A stretch of 64,000 bases of DNA, from NCBI GenBank assembly GCA_963758915.1, contig CAVWXH010000003.1:256001-320000 (forward strand). The letters run 5' to 3'. Each line of letters opens with the position of its first letter. Positions within the stretch are counted from its first letter, which is position 1. Source of the DNA: an uncultured Methanomicrobiales archaeon. GTDB lineage: Archaea > Halobacteriota > Methanomicrobia > Methanomicrobiales > Methanospirillaceae. The notes below the pieces were generated by a model that was not told the DNA's origin, searched no databases, and saw nothing but the letters and a program-made list of their open reading frames with translations. The position numbers and the translations under genes were made by a program. This document shows positions 9,104 to 19,072 of the stretch, in pieces.

Positions 9104-10228
9104 TTATCCTTCGGCACCGGTTCCCGGGATACCGGCATCCACGTTCAATAACACGGCTTTATCGAGCCCCCAGAGCGAAACCGCTGCAAGGGCCCCGATT
9201 ACGCCACGTCCGCCATGGAGGATAACATCGTTATTACGGGCAACACGGTCCGCAAGTTCGCGGTCTACTACCGTGGAACGCACCAGTCGGCCATACCTCC
9301 TGAGTTCCGGGGGTATACGGAACCCGGTCCTGATAGCGACACCCCATTCGTGAGACAGGGCCTCATCACTGACGAATTTTAACACCCGGTCTTTAATCTG
9401 GTCTATCAACCCGGGTTCGGCAGCAACATCAATGAAACTACACGAATTTCCGGCAGTCTTACCGGGAAGCGCAGGGTACAACATTGCAACATGGTGCCCG
9501 ATGGGGATAAGCCCCTCCATTCCCGCTATATGCTGGAGGAGTGCAAGTGCAAGTGCAAAGGTTGCACCCCCTTTCGGGCTGTCGGTATCATCGATCCCGA
9601 TGATCACGTGAGTAAGTGCCCGGGTATACACTTCGCCTTCCACCACACCTCCTTTTTTTCGGACTTTCACATGGGCAACACCTTTCGCACCCGACATCAT
9701 GTCAGTGAGCGAATAGGCAGGGCCACCGATGCAGCGGATCTCCTGCACCACCATGTCGCCCTCCCGGCGTACCCCGGTAACACCGACGGCGGGAGACGGG
9801 TATGCCCCGATAGATATCTCCCCTCGACAAAGCTTTGCGCATTCCCGGAGTAATGTACCATCTCTCTGGACGTGGTTGAGCGCACCCCCTGCCATCCGGT
9901 GATGATACCCGCAAAATGCGGCACAGGCACCACTCATGCATTCGTGGTAGATCTCTACCCATTCACCGTCCACCGTGGTAAAAATCCTCCGGCATGCAGA
10001 GGAGGGGACCGCACTGACCGCTGCATACCGGGCAGGGATACGGCCCTGCTTCCGTTCCTTCACCACCACACACCCTTCAGAGACAAGGCGGTTGACCCAG
10101 TCCTGGGCCGTGCTCCTCGGCACTTCCGCCGCGTTCTGTAAATTGGTTACCGTAAAGTAGCCCTGTTCAAGAGTGACCTGTCGCATCAGGTGCAGGTACT
10201 GCCTGCGTCGTTCAATTACACCGTACAT
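9104..10228 (-). CDS. HTH fused to methanogenesis marker 11 / TiaS-N-like (GIDDTD) domain
   Basis: N-terminal winged helix (VPRSTAQDWVNRL); IIGIDDTDSPKGGAT, KTAGNS, GRGVIGALAA motifs. Confidence 0.7.
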   Translation of the reverse strand: MYGVIERRRQYLHLMRQVTLEQGYFTVTNLQNAAEVPRSTAQDWVNRLVSEGCVVVKERKQGRIPARYAAVSAVPSSACRRIFTTVDGEWVEIYHECMSGACAAFCGYHHRMAGGALNHVQRDGTLLRECAKLCRGEISIGAYPSPAVGVTGVRREGDMVVQEIRCIGGPAYSLTDMMSGAKGVAHVKVRKKGGVVEGEVYTRALTHVIIGIDDTDSPKGGATFALALALLQHIAGMEGLIPIGHHVAMLYPALPGKTAGNSCSFIDVAAEPGLIDQIKDRVLKFVSDEALSHEWGVAIRTGFRIPPELRRYGRLVRSTVVDRELADRVARNNDVILHGGRGVIGALAAVSLWGLDKAVLLNVDAGIPGTGAEG

Positions 10229-11198
10229 GGGACGAAATAAACAGGATATCCCCTATTATTGCGCTAGCGGTCTCTATCGACCCTGCCCCTTTTCCGATCA
10301 GGGTGATCTCCCCCGCCATGTCGGTCTCAAGGGTGATGGCATTTAAGGTACCTTCGAATACCAGCGGGTGGTCTTTCCTGATGATCCGCGGTGAAACACG
10401 GAGTACTCCTCTTTCGGGAAAAGCCTCGGCGATCAGCCGTATCGTGCAGTCTTTCTCTTCGGCAAGCCGCAGCGCATCGGTAGTGAGAAGATCAATCCCG
10501 GTGATATCCACGCGGTCAAGAGTTGCACCATTATCCCATATGGTATTCGCGAGAATTACCAGCTTGATTGCAGCATCGATCCCTTTCACATCATAGGTGG
10601 GGTCGGCCTCGGCGTAACCAAGTTCCCGTGCTTCGGCAAGGGCCTGGTCATAGGTGAGCCCTTCTGCGGCCATCCGCGTGAGAATATAGTTGCAGGTGCC
10701 GTTCAATACGCCATACAACGCTTCGAACTTGTTTCCTGCAAGTCCGTTACCAAGCGTATGCATGATCGGTATAGCACCTCCTACGGTTGCCTCGTAACGG
10801 ACCAGTACACCCTTTTCCTTCGCGAGGTCCTTCAGTTCTCTGAGGTTCAGGGATATTGGCCCTTTATTGGAGGTGACGATATGCCTGCCCCTCTCTATTG
10901 CCAGTTTCATGTACGAAAGCGCAGGTTCCCCGCTTCCGGCATCGGTAGGGGTGACCTCAACAAGGACGTCGTAATCTGCACGTGTGACCACATCGTTTGC
11001 AGAGATAGACGGATTCCCACAAAGTCCAGTCTTTTTTGAAGATAGTACCGCCCCGATATCCAGGCCTGACGGGTCAATCAGCCCGCTTTTCGAGTCTGCA
11101 ACCCCGGTCACGATAATATCAAGGTCCTTTCTGGCGATCATCTCCAGTACACCTTTTCCTACCGAGCCAAGGCCGAGGACTGCGACCCTGATTGTCAT
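10212..11198 (-). CDS. hom: Homoserine dehydrogenase
   Basis: GLGSVG, VTSNKG, YEATVGGAIP, NGTCNYIL, GYAEADP, GKGAG. Confidence 0.96.
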   Translation of the reverse strand: MTIRVAVLGLGSVGKGVLEMIARKDLDIIVTGVADSKSGLIDPSGLDIGAVLSSKKTGLCGNPSISANDVVTRADYDVLVEVTPTDAGSGEPALSYMKLAIERGRHIVTSNKGPISLNLRELKDLAKEKGVLVRYEATVGGAIPIMHTLGNGLAGNKFEALYGVLNGTCNYILTRMAAEGLTYDQALAEARELGYAEADPTYDVKGIDAAIKLVILANTIWDNGATLDRVDITGIDLLTTDALRLAEEKDCTIRLIAEAFPERGVLRVSPRIIRKDHPLVFEGTLNAITLETDMAGEITLIGKGAGSIETASAIIGDILFISSHVRCN

Positions 11199-11701
11199 AC
11201 GAGTTCCCCCTCAAGCGGCTCAATAATCAGCAGTTTTTTTGTTTTTGCAACCTCGCGAAGGATATCGAGCGCGGAGTCCATATCCTTTTTTGTGACTGAC
11301 TTGATAGTCAGGCGGGCAGAAGAGGGTTCATGAATCGCAGGCATCGCAAGGTCAAGGGCGGTAACTTCGGCAAACCCGGTGCAGTCTATACGGTCAACGG
11401 TATCTGAGAGGTCGGTATGCATGAGGTGGCCGATCATAATCACCGTCTGTTTGTAGAGAAGGCGGTCCTTCCCGATCCGGAGGATATTCACACCCCGTTC
11501 TTTAATCATCGATACAAGGTCAGTAAGCCGGGATTCGGCGATCTCCAGCACAATCTGCACCCCCAGCGTATCTTCGCGGGACGAGAGGTCACGCTGGTGG
11601 ATGACCGCGATGATATTTCCTCCTACCTCAGAAATGGGCTGCAGGGCCGAGACGAGCTGTCCCGGCGAGTCCTTCATCTCAAGCTTCATCGATACCTGCA
11701 C
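11195..11701 (-). CDS. ACT-domain protein (putative allosteric partner of homoserine dehydrogenase)
   Basis: MKDSPGQLVSALQPISEVGGNI ACT motif; GTG start with GGTG RBS; stop overlaps hom start. Confidence 0.85.
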   Translation of the reverse strand: MQVSMKLEMKDSPGQLVSALQPISEVGGNIIAVIHQRDLSSREDTLGVQIVLEIAESRLTDLVSMIKERGVNILRIGKDRLLYKQTVIMIGHLMHTDLSDTVDRIDCTGFAEVTALDLAMPAIHEPSSARLTIKSVTKKDMDSALDILREVAKTKKLLIIEPLEGELV

Positions 11702-11925
11702 TAAAGCACCTGATGATACGTAGAACGGCACCAAAGATAAGTCTTTTACATGTGATTCACGGAGCAGGGGAAGATTGGGGTTACAATCGGTGTGAGATCC
11801 CGGAAGGTTAGAGTGAAAAAATGTACTCCCGTTACATTTCCGGTTTTTCCCGGACCATCCGGGCATGGAGAGGGACAAAGATAACAGGGACAGACGATCT
11901 CATGGATTTTGTCAGCACCTTTGTA

Positions 11926-12564
11926 TCAGGGAGAACGCATCATTCCCCCGTCACTCCCGGGAAGTTCGTTTCCGGCGTCTGGCTCTTTTCCGGCGGAATT
12001 TTCACCGGAGCCTTCAGGCAGACCTGCATCGGGGGGGTTTGCGATTACGTAATGCTCAATGAAGAACCGAAATGACTTGTTCTTTTCGACAGCGATGCTC
12101 AGTGAGAAATGTTTCAGGACTTCGATCATAAATGCGATTTTTGACGGGTAATAGCGCGGGATCCACCCGATAAAATGCTCCTTCGTAACAAAGTCAGTAC
12201 GCGCAGGGGCATGGATCCCGAGTGCTTTCGCCCCGGCATCATCAATGCCGGCGAGATACCAGCTCTCAATCTCCTGGATGATCACCATTATGTGCTGGTA
12301 ATCTGCCTCGGAAAACCTGGAGAGAATGATATTCTTTTTGGCAGGAACACTCTTTTCAAAGTCAATATCAGTGACAATGATGTAACTATGGTGCATGGCG
12401 TTGATGCCACGTATAAACCGGTCCACCTTGACAGATTTTGTACAGGCGAAGGTGATCAACTCAACCGACTCAAATGCATGCTGAAACCTGGGTTTTATGA
12501 TTGTTTCAAAGAACCGCACATCATCGCTTCCCTCAACAAAAATAAAAAGGCGCCTTGCTGCCAT
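11926..12564 (-). CDS. TOPRIM-like protein (DUF4435/DUF4276/RloB-like), partner of ATPase
   Basis: IFVEGSDD, IVTDID (DxD), EIESWYL motifs; 7 nt downstream of ATPase gene. Confidence 0.65.
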   Translation of the reverse strand: MAARRLFIFVEGSDDVRFFETIIKPRFQHAFESVELITFACTKSVKVDRFIRGINAMHHSYIIVTDIDFEKSVPAKKNIILSRFSEADYQHIMVIIQEIESWYLAGIDDAGAKALGIHAPARTDFVTKEHFIGWIPRYYPSKIAFMIEVLKHFSLSIAVEKNKSFRFFIEHYVIANPPDAGLPEGSGENSAGKEPDAGNELPGSDGGMMRSP

Positions 12565-12571
12565 CTCAACC

Positions 12572-13822
12572 TCATTCGAGACCTATAAGGTCCTGGATAA
12601 AGAGTTCGTCGATACCTATCTCGTGCTCAAGGAATGTCCTGACCTCCTGTTTGTCAACCGGCCTCGAAAGGTGGGAAAATCCTTCCCGGTCCCTTGTGAT
12701 GAGGGTAATATCTTCGATATTGACATGTTTTACCATCTCAGGGTTATGAGTAGTCACGATAATCTGCTTCTTTTGTGAGGCATCCTTGAGTATGGCGACC
12801 AGTTTTGCGATAAGGGCCGGGTGAATATTTCTTTCCGGTTCTTCAATAATTGTTACAGGGCGCTCTTCAAAGAAAAGTGCAACAATCAGGGCTGCGATAT
12901 TTATTGTCCCATCGGAGATCATCGAGGCCGGAATATACTTATTTCCGCTGTATACTTCCCGTACCTTCATAAAAAGTGACATATCAAGAAACTTTTCAAC
13001 CGCGATATCATCAACAAATGGCAGCATGTCCCGTACGAGATTAATGAACGCCATTTTTCGGTCAGGGTCTTCACAAATACCCTTGACAACGATGGCAAGG
13101 TTACTCCCATCCTTCTCGAGTTCGGTTTTACCGAGCATCGGGGCCGCTTTCTTGAGAAGCCGGGGGTCGAAGTCATATATTTTGATCCCACGGAATATCC
13201 ATTCAAGAGGGGGTATCCCGGGGACATTCATGGGAATATTGGCAATCAGGCGGGTGCCGGGCTTTTCCTGCGACTGGAAGAGGTGCGGGAACAGGTCTTC
13301 ATCATGGACGACAAATCCCGGCGGGGGGATGAGGTCAAACCGGATCTCTCCGTCCAGGAGGGATAATTTCATACACCCCGGCCCGATCTTCTGCCCGGGG
13401 GTCAGGGGTCCGAAAAAATCCCCGTTAATTTCAAGCTGGTCCTTCGGGATTTCGTATCCCGCCTGGGTATCCGTGAACCGGAGGGAGAACTCGTACACCA
13501 GGTGGCGGGGTTCGAAATATATCGGGGCGTGTTCTCTTACCCCGATTACCTCTTTTTTCCTCTCCTCAAGCGTGTATTCGATCTTAAATGAGAACTCCTC
13601 TGCAGGTCCGATAACCGTGTTTCGAAGGTAATCAACACCCCCCTGGAGCGAGATGGCATTGCCGATGCCGTATTTTGCAATATCCCGGAGGAAAATAAAT
13701 ACCTGGATCAGGTTTGATTTTCCCGAGGCATTTGAACCGATAAGAATGGTAAACGAGTCTGGATGAAACGACATCTCACGGAAACTTTTAAAGTTGGTGA
13801 CAGAGATGCAGGTGATAGGCAT
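12572..13822 (-). CDS. ABC/SMC-like ATPase (AAA_21/AAA_15 type)
   Basis: NFKSF, Walker A GSNASGKS, signature ISDGT, Walker B IIEEPE, H-loop TTHN; no TM segments. Confidence 0.9.
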   Translation of the reverse strand: MPITCISVTNFKSFREMSFHPDSFTILIGSNASGKSNLIQVFIFLRDIAKYGIGNAISLQGGVDYLRNTVIGPAEEFSFKIEYTLEERKKEVIGVREHAPIYFEPRHLVYEFSLRFTDTQAGYEIPKDQLEINGDFFGPLTPGQKIGPGCMKLSLLDGEIRFDLIPPPGFVVHDEDLFPHLFQSQEKPGTRLIANIPMNVPGIPPLEWIFRGIKIYDFDPRLLKKAAPMLGKTELEKDGSNLAIVVKGICEDPDRKMAFINLVRDMLPFVDDIAVEKFLDMSLFMKVREVYSGNKYIPASMISDGTINIAALIVALFFEERPVTIIEEPERNIHPALIAKLVAILKDASQKKQIIVTTHNPEMVKHVNIEDITLITRDREGFSHLSRPVDKQEVRTFLEHEIGIDELFIQDLIGLE

Positions 13823-13953
13823 AACACAGAGTCATATGCAGTGGGAGATAAGGACTTCGTTTGTATAATCCCTGGTGTCCGGAAAACGGTGACGACCTCA
13901 CCCCCTGCATTTCCGGCATAAATGATAATGAGGAGGAACGCTACTGTTCTATT

Positions 13954-14508
13954 ATGACGACCTGGCCAGTCCCCGCGAGTGAGTCTGCAGCGGTACCGGA
14001 TGAGGGTAAACCCGGATCTTTCTGGGAAGACAGGGGAGACCGGTTCCATTGTGGCGTAGATATTTACGCACCCGCCCTGAGCGGGGTAATGGCATGTGAA
14101 ACCGGGGAAGTGATCGATGTTGGCATCGCAACATCCCCGGAACAGGAAAGTTACTGGGACACCACATGGTATGTCCTGGTTAAAACCCGGTCCAATCTTT
14201 ATTGCCGTTACGCTGAGTTCGCTGACATTTTAGTACATACCGGCGACCGGGTGCTGGAGGGGCAGATAATCGGGCACATCGGGGCCGTTATCAGGCCACA
14301 CCTCGTGGACGGTTGTTCACCACTCTATATCCAGCGTCTTAAACTGGACGGCCATGTGTCAATGCTGCATTTTGAAGTGTACCGGTTGAGGCCTGGCTAC
14401 ATGCGGGCCTATAGTGGCGGTAACTGGTTTGGTGAAGGGCGTCCTGAAGGACTTCTTGATCCGGGACCATACCTGCGGAATGCAAGCCATGGTATAGAGA
14501 AGTGCTGA
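13954..14508 (+). CDS. M23 family metallopeptidase
   Basis: HCGVD (HxxxD), YAE, GQIIG, MLHFE (HxH-like), LDP at C-terminus; start uncertain. Confidence 0.8.
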   Translation: MTTWPVPASESAAVPDEGKPGSFWEDRGDRFHCGVDIYAPALSGVMACETGEVIDVGIATSPEQESYWDTTWYVLVKTRSNLYCRYAEFADILVHTGDRVLEGQIIGHIGAVIRPHLVDGCSPLYIQRLKLDGHVSMLHFEVYRLRPGYMRAYSGGNWFGEGRPEGLLDPGPYLRNASHGIEKC

Positions 14509-14729
14509 CCAGATAATGATTGTACGCCAGCCAATACCCACATTCATCGCCATCTAATGGGGGGTTTGAACAATTCAGGTTGGGAGTGGCGCACAGCCCG
14601 GGCACTCCCGCCGGAGCGGGACTGATTTGGTAATAGAACAATGAGTGAATAGGTCAGTGTTTGCGGGTTGCCATTAAAAACCGAAAAGAGAAGAGCAATA
14701 AAGAAAATGGGCCTGTTAATGCCACTTTG

Positions 14730-15161
14730 TTATTTATTGTGATCGGGTACTGTCGTGATGATCGTATTTCCCTTCTTTATCAGGTAATAAGCGATACCAA
14801 GGCTGACTATAATAACACCCATTCCAGCCATATACACACCATCTGAAAATTCAGGGTCGAGAATGATAACTTTCCGGGCAATTGCAATGACCGCAACAAG
14901 GATAACAATCTCCACGTGGATCACATTCTCGCGGAGGTATGCCTTAAGGGTATCAAGGAGTTCAATGCCAATCACCACAAGGAGGAAGAAACCGAATATG
15001 TTGAGTAGTTCATAGTGATCAAGGCGGTATATCGTAGTCTTGAACAAAACCTCATAGAGGAGCCATACAAGCTCGGCTATCGAAAAAACAACTACCCCAC
15101 CAAGGAGGATAATCAGGGTGATATACATTATTTTCTCGAATTTCCTGATGTAATCGAGCAT
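14730..15161 (-). CDS. PsiE-like membrane protein
   Basis: Four TM helices with IGIELL and IAIARKVI motifs. Confidence 0.8.
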   Translation of the reverse strand: MLDYIRKFEKIMYITLIILLGGVVVFSIAELVWLLYEVLFKTTIYRLDHYELLNIFGFFLLVVIGIELLDTLKAYLRENVIHVEIVILVAVIAIARKVIILDPEFSDGVYMAGMGVIIVSLGIAYYLIKKGNTIITTVPDHNK

Positions 15162-15466
15162 AGTAAATTCCTGATTAATACTATTTCGTTGATCATAAGA
15201 GCATATCGTTCCTTGCACCATTCCGGTAGGAACAACACCGGGTGATGAAAAAGTCCCGGAACCACAGGGTCTTCATTGTTCCCGGGTATTCTCACGTTGA
15301 CAACAGTCATACGATATTGCCATTCCGAGAATATTTTTTTCCGGGCGCGGTATCAAGGGAGCTCCCGGGTACCGTCTTTTTTCTTCGAAATCAGTGTGCC
15401 AGAAAAAAAATAATTTAGGATGATTAATAATGATAAATATCGAATGGATTGTTAGAGGGATTTTGG

Positions 15467-17368
15467 GTGGACCTGGTATTTTTCCTTATTCTATTCCCCT
15501 TTATCGCGGCGATCGTTCTCCTTCTTATCAAATCTGATAATGTGAGGAGTGCAGTGGTGGGGGTATCAGCACTGCTTATTGCAGCTGTATCGGTATGGCT
15601 GCTTGCAGCGTATGCAACAAGTGGAACGGTGTTTTTCCCCGTTTCACCTGAACCGTTGGGCGAATTGATGTTCCTGATCGGGATGGGGATTGCGCTCTTC
15701 ATCCTGTATATGGGTGTCAGGTACAAGAATTACATTGCAATTGCCCTGACACTCATTCAGTCGGCACTGATGGTGTACTTTGAGTTCGGCATCAGTCATG
15801 GAGCTGCACCGGAAAACAATTTTTTTGTTGACCAGTTCTCCATTATCATGGCCCTGATAATCGGGATTATCGGGAGTCTCATCTGCGTGTATGCTGTCAG
15901 CTACATGAAGGACTACCATCATCATCACCCTGAAGTGAAGGACAGGAGGAAAACATTTTTCTTTATCATGTTCGTCTTCCTCACCGCAATGTTCGGCCTG
16001 GTGTTCGCGAATAACCTTGCATGGCTCTTCTTCTTCTGGGAAGTCACGACATTATCGTCATTCCTCCTGATCGGTTATTCTCAGACTGATGAAGCGGTTA
16101 AGAACTCATTCCTCGCCCTGAACATGAACCTCCTCGGGGGGCTGGCATTTGCGGGCGCACTTATCTGGCTCGCATCAACCGGCGGGGGCATGGAACTCGA
16201 CAAGCTGATCGCAACGGGAGGGATTATTGCCCTGGTCCCTGCAGTCCTGATCAGTTTCGCAGGTATTACCAAATCAGCCCAGTTCCCGTTCTCATCATGG
16301 CTGGTCGGGGCGATGGTGGCCCCTACCCCGGTATCGGCCCTCCTGCATTCAAGTACAATGGTAAAAGCAGGGGTATACGTGATGGTACGGTTCGCACCGG
16401 TCCTCCAGGGAACAACGCCGGGCTTTATGATTGCCCTTGTAGGGGGTTTCACATTCCTTCTCGCTTCGGCAATTGCCATATCGCAGAGCAATGCAAAGAA
16501 AGTCCTTGCATATTCGACGATCGCAAACCTTGGCCTTATCGTCGCCTGCGCTGGAATCGGGACTTACGAGGCAATATGGGCGGCAATACTCCTGATAATA
16601 TTCCATGCCGTTTCAAAGGCTCTTCTCTTCCTCTGTGTGGGGACGGTCGAACACCAGATCGGCAGCCGCGACATCGAGGATATGAACGGCCTGATCACAA
16701 GGATGCCAAAAGTAACCGTAATGATGCTCATCGGGATGGCAGGGATGTTCCTGGCACCATTTGGTATGTTAATATCCAAATGGGCGGCGATCAGGGCTTT
16801 TATTGATGCACCATACGGGGCCATATTTGTAGTTATCCTGGCATTTGGCGGCGCCCTGACCGTATTTTTCTGGGCAAAATGGATGGGGAGGCTGATATCA
16901 GTCACCCCGGCTGCAGAGGACGCGGAAAGCAGGGTCAGCCGCATGGAGTGGCTCGTGCTTTCGTTCCTTGCAGTACTAATGGTCCTTGCGACCGTTTTGT
17001 TCCCACTCATATCATCCTACCTGGTCGAGCCCTGGCTGCTTGCCATCTATGGGCAGGTCACCCTTCTCGCACAGGAAAATGTGATCATTATGTTGATCAT
17101 GTTGTTCCTGCTGATGGTACTACCCGTCTCCATGTGGTATTACAGAAAGGATCACCGGCAACTCAAGCCGTACATGGGTGGTATGACCACGACGGACCGG
17201 ATGCATTTCACCGGCGCCATCGGGATCGACCGTGAAGTGACCCTGGGCAACTATTACCTTGAAAATTATTTCGGGGAGAATAAAATGTCTAAAATAGGAA
17301 TTCCCCTTTGTATTATACTCCTTGCAGTCATGTTTGCAGGGGTCGCCTATGCGGGGTTGGTGCACTGA
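15467..17368 (+). CDS. echA: Ech hydrogenase subunit A (antiporter-like)
   Basis: FFWEVTT, KSAQFPF, AMVAPTPVSALLHSSTMVKAG, KKVLAYST; GTG start after GAGGG. Confidence 0.93.
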   Translation: MDLVFFLILFPFIAAIVLLLIKSDNVRSAVVGVSALLIAAVSVWLLAAYATSGTVFFPVSPEPLGELMFLIGMGIALFILYMGVRYKNYIAIALTLIQSALMVYFEFGISHGAAPENNFFVDQFSIIMALIIGIIGSLICVYAVSYMKDYHHHHPEVKDRRKTFFFIMFVFLTAMFGLVFANNLAWLFFFWEVTTLSSFLLIGYSQTDEAVKNSFLALNMNLLGGLAFAGALIWLASTGGGMELDKLIATGGIIALVPAVLISFAGITKSAQFPFSSWLVGAMVAPTPVSALLHSSTMVKAGVYVMVRFAPVLQGTTPGFMIALVGGFTFLLASAIAISQSNAKKVLAYSTIANLGLIVACAGIGTYEAIWAAILLIIFHAVSKALLFLCVGTVEHQIGSRDIEDMNGLITRMPKVTVMMLIGMAGMFLAPFGMLISKWAAIRAFIDAPYGAIFVVILAFGGALTVFFWAKWMGRLISVTPAAEDAESRVSRMEWLVLSFLAVLMVLATVLFPLISSYLVEPWLLAIYGQVTLLAQENVIIMLIMLFLLMVLPVSMWYYRKDHRQLKPYMGGMTTTDRMHFTGAIGIDREVTLGNYYLENYFGENKMSKIGIPLCIILLAVMFAGVAYAGLVH

Positions 17369-18228
17369 TGTCAATCATCTATGCATTACTCTTCCTGCTC
17401 CTTGCACCAATCGCCGGGGGCCTCATCGCCGGGATCGACCGACGGATCACCGCACGGATGCAGGGGCGTGTAGGGCCCCCGATACTCCAGCCGTTCTATG
17501 ATGTAGGCAAGCTGTTTGAGAAGGAAAAAGCCGTGGTGACAAGTTCGCAGAATTTCTACGTGTTGTGTTACCTGGTATTCATCGCTCTGTCAGGGGCGTT
17601 GTTTTTCGGGGGTGGGGACCTTCTGCTGGTAATCTTTGCGTTCACCCTGGCCCACGTGTTCCTTGTGCTTGGGGCATATGCTTCCAACTCCCCGTACAGC
17701 CATGTAGGGGCTGAAAGGGAACTGATCCAGCTGATGGCCTGCGAACCGATCATCATACTCTCTGCGGTAGGCATGTACATGGTCACAAAAAGTTTCTATG
17801 TTGCAGATATCGCGGCCACAAACATACCGCTCGTAATATTTATCCCGGGACTCTTTGTGGGGTTTATCTATATCCTCACCATGAAACTCCGCAAGTCCCC
17901 CTTTGACCTGTCAACTTCACACCATGCCCACCAGGAGCTGGTGAAAGGGGTCACAACAGAGTTCTCAGGACCAACCCTTGGGAGTATTGAGATTGCACAC
18001 TGGTACGAGGCAATATTCCTGATTGGGTTTGTGTACCTGTTTTTCTCGTGGAACCCGCTGATTGCCGTCATCGCGATTATAATCATCTACGTGTTCGAGA
18101 TCTTAATTGACAATACATTTGCCCGTGTGAAATGGCCGCTTGCCCTGAAGAGCAGCTGGCTAATCACCGCAGTGCTCGGGGTCCTGAACCTGGCTGCACT
18201 CTATATAATCGGAGGGTTCCTGAAATGA
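17368..18228 (+). CDS. echB: Ech hydrogenase subunit B (NuoH-like)
   Basis: ARMQGRVGP..QPFYD, KSPFDL, TEFSG. Confidence 0.93.
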   Translation: MSIIYALLFLLLAPIAGGLIAGIDRRITARMQGRVGPPILQPFYDVGKLFEKEKAVVTSSQNFYVLCYLVFIALSGALFFGGGDLLLVIFAFTLAHVFLVLGAYASNSPYSHVGAERELIQLMACEPIIILSAVGMYMVTKSFYVADIAATNIPLVIFIPGLFVGFIYILTMKLRKSPFDLSTSHHAHQELVKGVTTEFSGPTLGSIEIAHWYEAIFLIGFVYLFFSWNPLIAVIAIIIIYVFEILIDNTFARVKWPLALKSSWLITAVLGVLNLAALYIIGGFLK

Positions 18229-18707
18229 CCTACATGTCAAAATCCCCCTGGCTCCTGCACTACAATGCGAGCAGTTGTAATGGCTGTGATATTGAGATCC
18301 TCGCCTGCCTCACCCCGATGTACGATGTTGAGCGGTTTGGGATTATCAATACAGGAAACCCAAAACACGCCGATATTTTCGTCGTAACCGGCTCCATCAA
18401 CGAGGAGAACAAGGATGTTCTGGTGAACCTCTATGAGCAGATCCCTGACCCGAAAGTTGTCGTGGCGATAGGTATCTGCGCGGCATCGGGTGGGGTGTTC
18501 CGCGAGTGCTACAATGTTATGGGTGGCATAGATAAGCTGATCCCTGTTGACGTCTATGTGCCGGGCTGCGCTGCAAGACCGGAATCAATTATTGACGGAA
18601 TTGTGAAGTCGCTGGGGATACTCGAAGAGAAACGTGATGCCATGGTTAACGGTATCCAGGGAAAACCAGAAATGGACACCGCGGTCAAAGAGGCTGGTAC
18701 AGAATGA
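18225..18707 (+). CDS. echC: Ech hydrogenase small subunit C
   Basis: SCNGCDIE, GICA, PVDVYVPGC. Confidence 0.94.
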   Translation: MTYMSKSPWLLHYNASSCNGCDIEILACLTPMYDVERFGIINTGNPKHADIFVVTGSINEENKDVLVNLYEQIPDPKVVVAIGICAASGGVFRECYNVMGGIDKLIPVDVYVPGCAARPESIIDGIVKSLGILEEKRDAMVNGIQGKPEMDTAVKEAGTE

Positions 18708-19072
18708 AATACGAAGAACAACCGATCACCATGATCACCATTGATGAACTCCTGGCCAGGACAACCCGGTTCTTTTCAGAGGGCTATCGTCTTGTCCAGA
18801 TCGGGTGCACCAGGGCAGATGGAAAATTTGAGATTAACTATAGCTTTGATAAGGATTACAGGTTTGAAAACCTGCGGCTCCTTCTCCAGGAGGGCGGGAC
18901 CCTGCCGAGTATTTCCGCAGTCTATTTCGGGGCCTTCATCTATGAGAACGAGATTCACGACCTCTTTGGGATTACGGTAACAGGAATGAACATTGATTTC
19001 AAAGGGACGCTCTATCGCACGACGGTCAAGTATCCTTTCAGTGCTGATACAACAAAGGAGGGCGAATCATGA
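18704..19072 (+). CDS. echD: Ech hydrogenase subunit D (NuoC-like)
   Basis: PSISAVY, YENEIHDLFGI. Confidence 0.92.
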   Translation: MKYEEQPITMITIDELLARTTRFFSEGYRLVQIGCTRADGKFEINYSFDKDYRFENLRLLLQEGGTLPSISAVYFGAFIYENEIHDLFGITVTGMNIDFKGTLYRTTVKYPFSADTTKEGES

